From Octopus vulgaris (lineage: Eukaryota): a DNA stretch of 64,000 nucleotides. This document shows, piece after piece, positions 44,475 through 59,462 of the stretch (position 1 is its first letter; each line of letters begins with the position of its first letter). The DNA lies in NCBI GenBank assembly GCA_951406725.2, contig OX597839.1:38068001-38132000 (forward strand), written 5' to 3'. The notes under the pieces are model-generated. The model ran no database searches. It worked only from the letters and a program-made list of their open reading frames with translations, and was not told the DNA's origin. A program made the translations under genes and the position numbers.

Positions 44475-45024
44475 CATCCATCCATCCATCCATCCAGCCA
44501 GCCACCCATCCATTTATGGAGCCACTAACCCATCCACCCATCCTCCCATCTACCCATCCACCCATCCTCCCATCTACCCATCCACCCGTCCATCCATCCA
44601 TCCCTCCATCCATCTATCTATCCACCCACCCTTCCAGATACCCATCCACCCATCCTTCCGTCCATCCACCCATCCACCCATCCTTCCAGCCTCCCATCCA
44701 TCCATCCTCCCACCCACCCATCCTCCCATCTACCCATCCACCCGTCCATCCATCCATCCATCATCCATCCATCCATCCATCCATCTATCTATCCACCACC
44801 CTTCCAGATACCCATCCACCCATCCAGATACCCATCCACCCATCCACCCATCCTTCCAGCCTCCCATCCACACATCCATTCATCTACCTTTCCAGCCACA
44901 CATCCACCCATCCTTCCGTCCATCCATCCATCCATCCATCCACCCAGATACCCATCCACCCATCCTTCCAGCCTCCCATCCACACATCCATTCATCTACC
45001 CTTCCAGCCACCCATCCACCCATC
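44475..45024. repeat. (CATC/CACC)n compound satellite
   Basis: Recurring blocks CCATCCACCCATCCTTCCAGCCTCCCATCC and CAGATACCCATCCACC. Confidence 0.9.
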
Positions 45025-45890
45025 AATCGATCCGACGTTAATCACAACTCAACTACAATAGCAACATCAACAATAACAATAGCCTTAACGTTAGCAAGAA
45101 AATAGCAACTACAACTGCCACAACAATAGCCGTAATGTTAGAAAAAAAAAATTAGCGACGATAACAGTAACGATGGCAACAAGCGACATCGGTAGCTGCA
45201 GCCACATCGATAGCAAGAAAATAGCAACAGCAACTACAACAAAAGCAACAACAAAATTAAGGAAGAATATAGGAACAGAACGATAGCAAAAACAACAACA
45301 AACACAGCAACAACAACAACAACAACAACGACGACGACGACGACGACGACAACAACAACAACAACCACGACGATAGCTAGAAATGACAACAGCAACAACG
45401 ACATTAGCAAGAACAGCAGCAACAACAACAATAGCAACGATAGGAGAATTTAAACTTTTTTATCAGACAACCAAAACGATTATGGTGAAACGAATAAAAT
45501 TGATCGACCTGTGTACAATATAGGAACTCTCTACATTAGAACTCCCATCTTCAAATTATTCCAGATATTTACTTTGAAATTATATTTCCTGTTTCCGTTC
45601 TATTTCTAATAACAAATTCCTTTGATCTCCTTCCAGCAAACGGTTTTTTCGCCGCCATATTTTGTTGAACTTTTTACGACAATAAAGTGGTTTTAAATTT
45701 TTTTTCTTTAGCTTTTAGCGTTTAAACCAGCTATTTGTAAATAGTCTGCCTGCTTTATGGTCAAACTGACCAGAGCCAGTATCTCATGCTTATTTATCCT
45801 ACAATGTCATTCTAGAACTAAACAGTCACATCGTCAAAATCTCGAAGCTCCAAGATACAGCGTTATTGATACAAAACAATATAAATATTA

Positions 45891-46186
45891 CCGACCAAAG
45901 CCTTGTGAGTGGATTTGGTAGACAGAAACTGAAAGAAGCCCGTCGTATATATATATACATATATGCGTGTGTGTGTTTGTGTGTCTGTGTTTGCCCCCCT
46001 AGCATTGCTTGACAACCGATGCTGGCGTGTTTATGTCCCTGTTACTTAGCGGTTCGGCAAAAGAGACCGATAGAATAAGTACTGGGCTTACAAAAGAATA
46101 AGTCCCAGGGTCGAGTTGCTCGATTAAAGGCGGTGCTCCAGCATGGCCGCAGTCAAATGACTGAAACAAGTAAAAGAGTAAAAGAG
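45891..46186 (+). mobile_element. SINE family 1, 5'-truncated
   Basis: Starts at CCGACCAAAGCCTTGTGAG, full tail. Confidence 0.85.
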
Positions 46187-46584
46187 AGAGAGAGAGTCAA
46201 GACTATTGAAAAGGTTGCAAGACGCAACGAAAATTTTAGGAAAATAAAAATAAGAAATTAGTGGAAATTTTACCGGTGAGTGCGTTACATTATAAGGCAC
46301 AAAAAGAAAATGACTCTCCCCAGACATAACAGAATATGCTTCAACACACGAACTCACATAAAGAATTTTCTATCAGTGACCAGCATGCATAGTAGAGCCA
46401 ATAGAATTTTCTGCCCAAAATATTTTGATAGCAAAATTTTCATAATTTTGAAGAACGTTGGTACGTAAATTTTCATTTGCTGCCGACTATAACTGCGCTT
46501 GCGCGGTGGATTTGAAAAATTATAGTGTATACAGATAGAGTATATGCGTCTTCAATGTTCCACGTATATACTTTAATCATACCT

Positions 46585-46654
46585 CCTATGCTGATGAGGA
46601 CACGGATGGCAAATTACTTTATTTTTCATTGATGTTGAAACCTCGTTACATGGG
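46585..46654 (+). ncRNA. Degenerate type I hammerhead motif
   Basis: CCTATG-CTGATGA-ggaca...tgtt-GAAA-cctcgtta-CATGGG; 6-bp stem I with one G-U; stems II and III imperfect. Confidence 0.4.
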
Positions 46655-47042
46655 TAACTATTGAAATGTTTTTATTTTTTCATCCTCTTCGAAGTTACTT
46701 TTATCCGTGGTTTGGGCTTAAACTGCTCTTTTTAGCATGTAAGGTGTCCTGTTAAGTTCACCTCTTTTGTGTATAGAAATGTACACTAATTATATATATA
46801 ATAGCGGGATTTCGTTATTTTCTGCCTTTTTTGCCATATACAGCTTACAAATTCTGTTTGTTTGTGGAGACTTTTTATTAGTAGAGGAAATAGTGATCAA
46901 TTTTGGCTGCTATTTCTAATATTTTCGGTATGTGGTTTTGAGCAACTTGTTGCATTTAACCCTTAATTATAATTATATATATATATATATACGCATATTT
47001 CTTTACATTTGTGCATATATATGTATATATGTGCATATACAA

Positions 47043-47096
<54 letters not shown>

Positions 47097-47862
47097 TGTG
47101 TGTGTTTGTTATAAATTTAAAAGTAATATATTATACATTATGTTGATGGAGAAGTGAAGACTGGTTAAGATATCAAAAAAAAACAACCGAAAAGAAAGAA
47201 AAAAATATTGAAATACAATAAAAAGCATTTATAAAAAAAAATTACATATGGCGGTGATGAAGAAATATTCCATAACGATTCTTCAAAATGATGTATTTGT
47301 TAAGTGAAAGGAGCATTTGGAGTCAAAATGGCGGACATCTTGAGAGAAATTTTAAATATTAAATACTGGAATTTTTTGCAAAGTATTTTAATGTGAATCT
47401 TGAAACAAGTGAAGGTTATTTTTTCCCCCTTGAGATTCTTTTAGCCGACATTACTGAGGTCATGCTGCAGCAACACCTACATAAGATGTTGTTGATTTTT
47501 CATATCTCCTGTCTATTTTTTCGTGTTTTTTTTTCTTCTTCTCAATTTTATTTCATCATTTTTTAAAAATTTTGTCTTAATTTTTGTTTAGCAATTTTCT
47601 GTATTTGCATGAATAATTTTCTTTTGCACATTTAGTCATCTATCCATCCATCAATCCATCCATTCATACATACATATATACATGCGTACGTACATACATA
47701 TATACATGCGTACGTACATACATATGTACATATAAATACATAGATATATATGTGTGTGTGTGTGTATAGTATACATTATAAGCTTGTATATGCATATACA
47801 CACACACATATATGTATGTATATATGCATACATAGAAAGAAATATATATATGTGGGAGTGTA

Positions 47863-48112
47863 GACACGTGTCCTACAGTTTAGGGCCTTGTACTTAAGAT
47901 CGCTGGGTTCGATTCCCGGGGCGTGCAGAGCCTTGTGTTCTTGAGCAAGCACTTCATTTCACATTGCTCTACTCCATTCAGCTGCAAATGCATAACGCCG
48001 TGATACAATAGTTTTCCGATCAGACGAAATGTTGGCCTGCTCCCCTAGCCAACAGAATGGCATCGCCCAAAAACCAAAACAACGCGAAACGCCGAGTGGC
48101 CAACAAAGTGTA
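47863..48112 (+). mobile_element. Old tRNA-derived SINE
   Basis: B box GGTTCGATTCCC followed by CTTGAGCAAGCACTT..TTGCTC core. Confidence 0.55.
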
Positions 48113-48354
48113 ACGACATCCGATATTCTGGTCGACTCAGTGGTATATACCGTATTTTAACGTATATAAGGAACCCCATAATTTGGTGGGGCTTGAATTT
48201 CGGAAAAAAAGGTTTTGTAAGGGATTCCTGTATAAGAAACACCCATATTTTTTAAACCTAATTTTTGACAAAAAATGGTTCCTTATACGCGTTAAAAGCT
48301 TCTTACCACACAGTCATTCCTGAGCCTACCCACACAACCACTCCTGTATATATT

Positions 48355-48414
<60 letters not shown>

Positions 48415-48549
48415 TATTCACAATCAAGGTGCAAAAATGGTGTACTCCGAATGAATAAGGTAGTGTAATCCGATGGTAGAAAGAATTCCACGAATTAGGT
48501 ACATCAAAGACAGTTAGAAGGACAGGGGTTCGTGTGAGCGTGCGGTAAA

Positions 48550-48846
48550 TCTTTATATATAAAAGTGAAGTTGTGTGTCTGTCTCCTACGATTTAGATTC
48601 CTAACTACTCCCACATTTTTCGGTGCAGTTTAACCAAAAGCAGGTATCTTATAGTCGTGATTCATATCGAGCCCTTCTGGGTATTAGCGCGCGTCTATGA
48701 TGAGTCTACGATTAAAAAAAAATTACCATAATTTTCTCCCATTTTTAATGCATTGTTTTGCTATTATATAAGGGAAGTAACTCTCTAGAAATGCTTATAT
48801 AGTTATTTCCCTTACAAACCCGAGCAACGCCGGGCGATACTGCTAG
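48550..48846 (+). mobile_element. Non-autonomous Helitron (297 bp)
   Basis: 5' TC (TCTTTATATATAAAA), 3' CTAG, GC hairpin CCCGAGCAACGCCGGG at 48819-48834, inserted between A and T with no TSD. Confidence 0.85.
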
Positions 48847-49135
48847 TAGTTAATAAAAAAAACAAACGGAGAAAAAATTCAAGAAGAACAAAACAACAAC
48901 GCAAGGCCGTGGTACATGCAAAGTATCAATAAGACACTCAATGAAGGACAGAAAGGTGGTTTTACGTTTCGAGATGACGGTTCCCATTGAAAATAGCATG
49001 GACTCGGCTCGAACTGGAAAGATCGACTGTTATGAATATCCCCAGGAGGATTCTGAAAACACAAACTGAAAAAGCAGAAGATTATCCAATCGAAGATGGA
49101 TGCAGGGGGTTCCTTGGAAACGTTACGAACAATTT

Positions 49136-49445
49136 GTTGTTGTTTGTTCCTTCTCAAGCCATGTCTGGCTGATAAGGACCGGTTTCCCGGTTACCTTGGC
49201 GTATAGGTTCCCCACTTGGATGGGACGTCGGTCTGTCACAGGTGAGCTGCTAGGTGCAGCAGGAAAGAGTGAGAGAAAGTTGTGGCGAAAGAGTCAGCAA
49301 AAGTTTCGCCATTACTTTCTGCCGGATCCGCGTGGAGCTTAGGGTGTTTCGCTCTTAAAAACACACACATCGCTCGGTCTGAGATTCGAACTCGCGATCC
49401 ATCTGCCGCGACTCCGACACTCTAACCACTACGCCATGTGCCTCC
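49136..49445 (-). mobile_element. SINE with family-3 head and a different tail
   Basis: Matches 59893-60075, then diverges to GACGTCCCATCCAAG..CCGGGAAACCGG..(CAA)n. Confidence 0.8.
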
Positions 49446-49559
49446 ATTTACGAACAATAAATATCCATATTATTTCTCACTTGCAATACAAAACACTAAA
49501 AAATGATAAGATAAGAAAATCAAACGAACAAAAGAATCCGTGACAACAACAACACCACC

Positions 49560-49591
<32 letters not shown>

Positions 49592-50520
49592 CTGCAACAG
49601 CATCAACAACAGCAGCAACAAGAACAACAGGAAAAAGAAAAGGAAAGAAATTGAAGGAAAATGAGATAAAAACATTTTTGAAATGCTGAATCAGAAATGT
49701 GAAATTATTTTAATTGAAACGCTAATTGTGTCTAATTTATCTGTTCCAGGCAAATATATTAAAGCGATAAAGGAAGTAATCTCTGGAATGGAGGCTTTTA
49801 GTATCGATACATAACGAGGGTGGGGGGAAACCTGGTAAACAATATTAAATAATGATGACAAGATGTAATGATGACATGGCCATCAACTACGTCATCAATC
49901 ACCTTCACCATCGCCACTACCACTAACAACAACAACAATAGAAACAATTATAATGGTGACAATCGTGATGACGATGAGGAAGATGATCTGTTTTTTTTTT
50001 GTTATTGGCCTCAAGAGTCAAAGATATTGAGGAATATAAGAAAGGACAGGATACAGCATCATCATCATCATCATCGTTATCATTATCAGCTATGATGACA
50101 ATAATAATAGCAAGAAGAAAAAGGAGGAGGAGAAGGAGAAGAAGAAGGAGGATGAGTAGGAGGAAGAGGCGAAGAGAGGAAGAAGAAGGAGGAGGAGGAG
50201 GGGAGAAGGAGAAGGATAATAATAATAATAATAATGATAATAATACTAAGAAGAAGAAGAAGATGAAGAAAAAGGAGGATGGGAAGAAAAAGAAGAGGGA
50301 GAAGGGAAGAAGAAGAAGAAGAAAAATAAGGAGGAGGAGGAAGAGGGAGGAGGATGAGAAGGAGAAGGGGATAATAATAATAACAATAATAATAATAATA
50401 CTAAGAAGAAGATGAAGAAAAAGGAGGATGGGAAAAAAAAGAAAAGGGAGAAGGGAAGAAGAAGAAGAAAAAGAAGTAGGAGGAGGAAGAGGGGAGGAGG
50501 ATGAGAAAGAGAAGGGGATA

Positions 50521-50552
<32 letters not shown>

Positions 50553-51041
50553 GATTTCAAAATTTTGCACAAAAAATTTGAAAGCCTGTGTCAGTAATTT
50601 TAGGGGTAAATCGATTAAACCAACGCCCGTGTTTCACTTGTACTTATTTTTTGGGGACAAAAGGATTAAAGAAAAGTTTGACACCGGCGTGATTTGAACT
50701 CGGAATGCAAAGTAGTTTTTGCGAACGCTCAAACGATTCTGATATTTGTTACGAAGATTGGAATGACGACGAGGAGGAGGAGGTAGGTGGGAGGAGGAAG
50801 AGGAGGAGCAGAAAAAACAGGAGGCAGGAGGTGGAACTAAAAGAGATAATGGAGGTAGATGTGGCGCTGGTGGTAACGACGACGAAGATCACGTCGACAG
50901 CGACAGCGACGATTATGATGGTGCTCACTCACCATCCACATCATCGTCACCTACACCACCACCTCTAACTACAACAACAAAAACATCCTCATCATCATCA
51001 TTATCATCACCACCATCGTCATCATCTTCGTCATCATCATC

Positions 51042-51079
<38 letters not shown>

Positions 51080-51155
51080 CCTCCTCATCATCATTATCCT
51101 CATCATCGTCATCGTCACTATCATCATCGCCATCGTCGTCGTCGTCATCATCATT

Positions 51156-51186
<31 letters not shown>

Positions 51187-51410
51187 GTCATCATCATCGT
51201 CATCATCATCATCATCCTCATCATCATCCTCCTCCTCATCATCATCGCCATCGTCGTCGTCATCATTATCATCGTCATCATCATCATCATCATCATCATC
51301 TTCATCATCATCATCATCATAGACATCGCCATCGTCATTATCCTCATCATCGCCATCGCTGTCGTCGTCATCATCATCATCATCATTATCATTGCTATCG
51401 TTGTCATCGC

Positions 51411-51465
<55 letters not shown>

Positions 51466-51685
51466 GTCATAGACATCGTCATCGTCATTATCCTCATCAT
51501 CGCCATCGTCGTCGTCGTCATCAACATCATCATCACCATCATCATCGCCATCACCATCACCATCACCGTCTGCCCAATACTACTTTCGTTTCGTGATATT
51601 TTCGATTCTCGAAAAACATGATTTGCTTCCGTTGTCATTCACTTGTTGTCGCTGTTGCTGTTCTTGCTTCTGCCGCCGCCGCTGC

Positions 51686-51721
<36 letters not shown>

Positions 51722-52444
51722 CATCGTTGTTATTACAGCAGCAGTAGTAGTAGTAGTAGTACTAGTACTACTAGTAGTAGTAGTGGTTGTTGTTGCTACC
51801 GTTGCAGTGGTTTGTTGTTGTTGTTCTTCTTCTTGTTCTTGTTCTTGTCCTCCTAATTGTTGCTCTCTGGCAGTTGACGCAGCTTTAATTTCACTTCTGC
51901 ATGTTATCATTTTCGTCAAACGGCGACAACGCCGACATTATTTGCGCTGTCGTTTATGCAATTTCACTTCTTCGTCTTGTTGCTGTTGTTGCAGACGATA
52001 TTTTAGTCACTATTAATATTACTATAAAGCTTATTATTATCATTATTATTATTATTATTATTGTTTGTGATTCGGAGTTATTCGCCTGCAGTTGATGTAC
52101 TTTCAATTTATCGCTGTTGTTGTCGTGAATGTTATTGCAAATGGCGTGGTTGTTGTTGACGTTGTTGTTGCTGCTGTCTTCTCTTTTAAATACTTTACAC
52201 TCGTTACTTATTAATTATAGTTTATTCTTATTAATTATTCACTATTTATAATCAGGTTTTGATTTTCCACTTCAATATTTTTGCCCGATTTTGTTTAAAA
52301 CTTTTCGATTTAAAACTCTGCGTTTATTTTTAATACGGACGCTCACACCAACACGCATACACACTCTCAAATACGCATATACATACACTCGCTTGAACAC
52401 ACGCGCGTGCCGCGGGCACACATACAGGTCACATACTATTTACT

Positions 52445-52539
<95 letters not shown>

Positions 52540-52556
52540 CATATATATAAATATAC

Positions 52557-52621
<65 letters not shown>

Positions 52622-53046
52622 TGTATGTATGTATGTATATATGTATAAACACGCATAGATGCAAACACCCACTCACTGAAGTGCATATGTTTACATGTTC
52701 GTGCATGTATGCGTGTATCTATGTGTACATGTATAAATATATATATGTATACATACATAGATGCAGATATATGCTGCGTGTTATTGCTTGTCTGTGCATG
52801 CATGTATATTTGCGTGCACATACGCACGTGTATACAAATATATATACAAATATATATGTATATATATATATGTATGTATATATATGTATATGTATATATA
52901 AGTATATATACATATACATATACATATATATATATATGTGCGTATATATATATATATATATTTCTACACATGCGCACACATACATGCATACAAACATACA
53001 TGGATAATTCTGTCTCTCGCCACCTTTATATATATGCATGCATATG

Positions 53047-53093
<47 letters not shown>

Positions 53094-53915
53094 TATGAGT
53101 AAGAGAGTATGTAGAGTGAAAGAGATAGATTGAGAGAAAGAGAGCTTGAGAGAGAAGGAGGGAGAGAGAGAGGGAGATTGACAGACGTAGACAGAGAAAG
53201 TGAGATGGAAAATGAGTAGATTTATTGCCTGTTTTAAAAATTATTTTAACATTCTAAATCTGCTAATTAGTGCACTAATTAATGACTCTAGATCGGTCTT
53301 TCCTCCTCCCCCTCCTCCTCCAATTTCTTCTTCTTCTTCTTCTTCTTCTTCTGCTCCTCCTCTCCTTAGTTTGTCTTCGTCATCATCATCATCATCAGCA
53401 TCATCATTATCATCATCATCGTCGTCGTCGTCGTCGTCATTGTCATCATCATCATCATCATCGTCGTCATCGTCATCATCATACGCTTCTTTTTCTTCTT
53501 CGTCTTCGTCTCGTCCTTCTCTTCCTTCTCTATTTCATTTTCTTTTCCTTTTCTTCATTACCCTCCTCCTCCCCATCGTCATCATCTTCGTCATCTCTTA
53601 TTTTTTTCCTTCTTGTCTCGCCCTCTGTCGCCCTTTTCTCACCCCACCAACCACCATTTTCTCCCTTCCTCTATCTCTCAGCTTTCTGTGTTCAGAGAAT
53701 TGAAAGGTTACGAGGACAGGGGCCTTCCTCTTTGAAAAGTGCCCTTCATCGATTTTTCTCAAGTTTCACATGTGAAGAAAGATAAAAAGGAATAGACGGA
53801 TGTTGTGCCTTCGAGTGAATTTGCTGAAATGTGGCGAAAATGGCATGAGGGGACGGTTGGCTCCACTCAATACAAATCTGGAAGTCGGATAGAAAAAATT
53901 GGGACAGGAACTTGA

Positions 53916-54074
53916 TTTTGGTGTTTAGAGAGATCTTTCAGTGGTAGAATTCCTCGATTGGCCCCCAGAGGCCCTTCTGTATCAGGAGAGTCACGGTTTT
54001 GGTGTTTAGAGAGATCTTTTGTTGTAGAATTGCTCGATTGGTCCCCAGAGGCCCTTCTCCATCAGAAGAGTCAC
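53916..54074. repeat. Two-copy ~80-bp tandem duplication
   Basis: TTTTGGTGTTTAGAGAGATCTTT..AGAGTCAC at 53916 and 53997. Confidence 0.9.
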
Positions 54075-55140
54075 TTCATTATCATAGTTTTACATGTTGC
54101 TCTTGTATACCATAGATTCGTTTGTTCTTTTGCTTGTTACAGTCGTTTGACTGCGACCATGCTGGTGCACCGGCTTAAGTCGAACAAATCGACTCCAGGA
54201 CTTATTCTATCGGTGTCTTTTGCCCAACTTCTTGGTTACGGGGACGTAAACACACCAACATCGGTTGTCGAGTGATGGTGGGGTTAAACACACAGATACA
54301 CACACATATACACACACACACAGGCACACACACCTCCTCCTCCTTATCCTCCTCATCCTCCTCCTCATCATCTTCATCGTTATTGTTACTGTTATTGTAT
54401 GCTTATGTTTGTGCGTGGGCTTTATCGCGCGTATGTGTGTGTAAGAGTGCGTGTGTATTCGAGTTACCTGCATTGGACTAATGTCATGCTGGAGCAGACC
54501 TTTCAAATGGCTTTTAGTCGATCATATCGACACCAGTATATTTTCAGTTTTGGCACTTATTTTATCGAACTCTTTTTTGTCAAACCGCTAAAGTACAGAA
54601 CATATAGAAACGTAACCTAAACACCATCAGTTCTTAGGCTGAGATATTCACCAAATGTCTATACTTCAACAAGTTCCTACTTAAATTCAGAAAATTCACA
54701 CAATAACCACACCACAGGATTAAACAGATTTACATTAAACCACGAGGATTTACATCAGGCTCTTTGTCTGCGAGTACTACATCTTTTATTCAACAGGTTA
54801 TTCCTTAAAACTAACTCACCTTACACGAGAATTTCCTGGCACTTGGATTTTCTTCTGTTTTAAGTGGAACATATATTTTACTACTTCATGATATTTCACT
54901 TAGCGCCCAGTCTGCATATAAGCAAAACAACTCAAATACAAATGGGAGCCACGAAGAGATTTATGCTCCTTAAATCAGCTCATGCCTGACAGCGTACAGA
55001 CCATATGAGTTCTGCTCAGTATATGAGTTATACATAACACAATATCGTCCGGTGATTTCACAAGAAAATTGCGGAGACATCACGAAGTTTTAAGAAATAC
55101 AATACATACACTCGCATATACATACACATCTGTGTATATA

Positions 55141-55204
<64 letters not shown>

Positions 55205-55337
55205 ATGAGCGTGTGTGAGTATGCGTGTATACACATACATATACTCTACCTATACTGACTACGCTATTTTGATTCCAGTAATTTTTTCTCATTATATAAG
55301 TATATATACATACATACATGCATACATACATATATAC

Positions 55338-55417
<80 letters not shown>

Positions 55418-55599
55418 TAGAGGTGGATAATTAGCTGGAGAGATAGATTGGAAGACATATATATCATATATCATATATATATGTGCATATATATGCATAG
55501 GTATGTATAGATATGTACATATATAAATTTACAGAAATTTATATAAATATATATCAATTTATATGTGTACATAATAAACATACATATATGCATACATAC

Positions 55600-55645
<46 letters not shown>

Positions 55646-56113
55646 AGAGAGAGAGGGGGTGGGGAGTAAATTTTTAGGTAGGTAGATGGATAAACATAAA
55701 TAAAACTCACTTCCTAGATCCTTTTATCCCATTCACCACACACACACACACACACTTCCAGACGAAGACGCCACTCCACCACACGCCACCACAACCGACA
55801 CCCTTTCCGCTGGGCAATGCCAATCTACAATAATTACAATTAGTTAAAGGTCATTATACGTCAGGTAACGCATTAGCAAATATGTCTCCGCCGTTTCATT
55901 CTCTCTAACGTTTCGGCGCCATTTTGGCTGACGCGCTCTACACGTATTGGCGTAATCGTTCATACGAGGTAAGGTGAGGTTCGTTGGCTGGTTTGTTCGA
56001 TGGATGTGTTGCTTTCCTTGCTGCTACTGTTGCTGCTGTGCTTTATGTATTCATTTATTTATACATTTGTTATTTTTTAAGTGGGGTTTCATTGGATATG
56101 AGTGAGTGAGTTG

Positions 56114-56144
<31 letters not shown>

Positions 56145-56493
56145 ACGGGATCGTCGTGGCGGTGTTTTTTTGTGTCTTGTTATCGTGTGTGTTTAGCAAA
56201 GTATGTTATTTGGTGGTTCTGTCTGCGAGCAATAATTATAATTAATATGTACACTGTAGCCGCCATCATCGCCGCCAACAACGATTTGACAAAACTTAGG
56301 AAATTCCAAAATATCCGTCTCCCAGAGCCCAGACATATACTCACACACTCACATACACAAATAAAAACATGCACAAACTTTATCGCGTTCACGCGTATAC
56401 ATGTGTGTGTGTAATATATATATACATATGTATATATGTTTATATGTATGTATGTGTATATATATATATATGTATATAAATATATATATATAT

Positions 56494-56528
<35 letters not shown>

Positions 56529-56551
56529 GATGTATATATATATATATACAC

Positions 56552-56583
<32 letters not shown>

Positions 56584-56587
56584 CTTT

Positions 56588-56634
<47 letters not shown>

Positions 56635-56823
56635 TATACATACATGATATAAGTATGTATTTATATACACATATGCTTCAACCGCCTCTGGTATTATGTT
56701 TATGTTGGGTGTTTATAAAAGTGTCTGGCCGTCTGTTTGTCTATCTATCCTTCTAGCTATTCATCTTGCCCTGCACACACATACACACACACACTCACAC
56801 TCACACACTTATATATAGATATG

Positions 56824-56902
<79 letters not shown>

Positions 56903-56965
56903 ATTAATGAGAGGGGAAGATGGAAGATATGTGAATATCTATGTATATGAATGCATTTGTATGTG

Positions 56966-57013
<48 letters not shown>

Positions 57014-57522
57014 AATCGAGATAGGGGTTGTAAATGCAACCCTCCATGGGATAACATATATCCAATATACTGCTAGTGAAGTACCCAACAAAGTTAATAC
57101 ATAAATGTTAATGATTGCGATGCAATCAATTCATTTACTGTATTATATGGGCAAAGGTAAAATGATTTACCACAAATTACTAATACAAGATAAGAACATG
57201 GAGTAATACATCTAAATCAAATATCAATTACCAGATAATACTCAATCACATACTTTATTAAACCACCACATAAGAGACTGTAGGGTTAAATATAAAAAGC
57301 AGAACAAATCAGTGTACATAAAGGAACAAAAATTAAATATATATATATATATATATTTAGAAAATGTTCAAATCAGGCAGACTGCGATTAACACATACAT
57401 ATATGGGTTTAATTAAAATAAAATAAGACTTTGCAATCTGAATCATACATGGATTATATTTGATATATAAAATTATATGAATGAATACTAAAAACATACT
57501 TGGAGATATAGATATATAGATA

Positions 57523-57930
57523 GGCGCAGGAGTGGCTGTGTGGTAAGTAGCTTGCTAACCAACCACATGATTCCGGGTTCAGTCCCACTGCGTGGCATCT
57601 TGGGCAAGTGTCTTCTGCTATAGCCTCGGGCCGACCAATGCCTTGTGAGTGGAATAGGTAGACAGAAACTGAAAGAAGCCTGTCGTATATATATGTATCT
57701 GTGTGTATGTTTGTGTGTCTGTATTTGTCCCCCTAGCATTGCTTGACAACCGATGCTGGTGTGTTTACGTCCCCGTCACTTAGCGGTTCGGCAAAAGAGA
57801 CCGATAGAATAAGTACTGGGCTTACAAAGAATAAGTCCCGGGGTCGAGTTGCTCGACTAAAGGCGGTGCTCCAGCATGGCCGCAATCAAATGACTGAAAC
57901 AAGTAAAAGAGTAAAGAGTAAAAAAAGAGT
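57523..57930 (+). mobile_element. SINE family 1, full length
   Basis: Same consensus. Confidence 0.88.
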
Positions 57931-58120
57931 ATATATAAACATAATAATAATAATGATAGAATATAAATAAAAATAATGAAATATAGAAAAATGACGTTTT
58001 TTAAAAATTTTAAATATGATATAGTGTAAGTAATAGACATAAAAAAGAGCTTTGGGTAACATGTTAGAGGAAAGTAAGGTGTTCCAACGATCGTTTCAGG
58101 AGTACATCATTATTATTATT

Positions 58121-58643
58121 GAGTGAGATAGCAGTGCATGCCATCAAAGTGACACTGGGGTAAAATATACGAAGCCCAGTGTACCTATCATGACTACCCG
58201 TCTGATAGCGGTACACTAGGCACATGCATCACAACCATGTGTGCGCGACATGGTGGTCTCATATCAAGATAAACAGCGCATGACCTTGCAGGTGAGGTCC
58301 AGTTAGAATTTTCTTCTGGTCGAGTAACCCATCCCGCTCAAAAGGTCCCTGAATAAGAGTTGTTTGAGGATGTTGAACGAAACACCCATGTTTCCAGGGA
58401 GGAATTATCCAAACCCTTAAGAGTTCTTCTCAACACATGGCTATGATGCTCCCCTACAGCTTCTGCTCATGATCAGAGATGCACATATCGTCAGCCACTA
58501 AGGGACATGCTCAACTCGTTAAGGTCAAACAACTGACAAGCAAATCTGTGGTATTGAGCAGAATATTTGCTGTAGCCCATCTTTTATACCAAGACAAGAC
58601 AATGTACATGATAACACTTCCAATCAGTTGGCACTGCATCAGG
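58121..58643. mobile_element. Second near-complete copy of the (ATT)n-flanked element
   Basis: Colinear with 8468-9023, short deletion near the right end. Confidence 0.8.
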
Positions 58644-58646
58644 GTA

Positions 58647-58769
<123 letters not shown>

Positions 58770-59072
58770 GTTTACATATCTATATATCTACATGTCCATG
58801 TATATTTTTAGCAATCATATATTTTTATATTTCTATATTTCTAATATATAAATATATGTTTCAGATTGGAGAAGCCTTGTTCTATCTTAACTAAACCCGT
58901 ATATGTATGTGATAATCGTAATCTGCCTGATTTGAAGCTTTTTCTATTGTGTCTATTATACTTGTCTAACGCCTCGGGTTCGACTTGAGCACTTCTACGC
59001 TAACTATGTTTTCGAAAGTAAATTATGATTTTATATATATATTTATATGTATGTATGTATATATGCAAGTAA

Positions 59073-59103
<31 letters not shown>

Positions 59104-59276
59104 TGTATGTATGTATGTATGTATGTATGTATGTATGTATGTATGCAAGTAAGTATGTATTATTTATTTACGTATATATGTATGCATCTATCTATCTCTC
59201 TATTTATCTATCTATCTATATATATATATGATATCTATCTATATATATATATATGATATCTATATATATATATGAC

Positions 59277-59341
<65 letters not shown>

Positions 59342-59418
59342 AGGAAAGATGAATATATAGATAGATTGACTGATTGATTGATTGATTGATAGGTAGACTG
59401 ATAGAGATAGAGATTCAT

Positions 59419-59462
59419 ACTGTCTGACGAACGCTAGCGGACCGAAACTTTGAAGTCATAGT
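59419..59462 (+). ncRNA. Type I hammerhead motif with damaged stem II
   Basis: ACTGT-CTGACGA-acgctagcggacc-GAAA-CTTTGAAG-TC|ATAGT; 5-bp stem I, near-palindromic stem III, GUC site after 59457. Confidence 0.6.

Noticed and set aside
53916-54074. Tandem unit as a hammerhead dimer (minus CTGATG..TAAAC)
   Set aside because: Core incomplete in both units and no cleavage triplet or stem I
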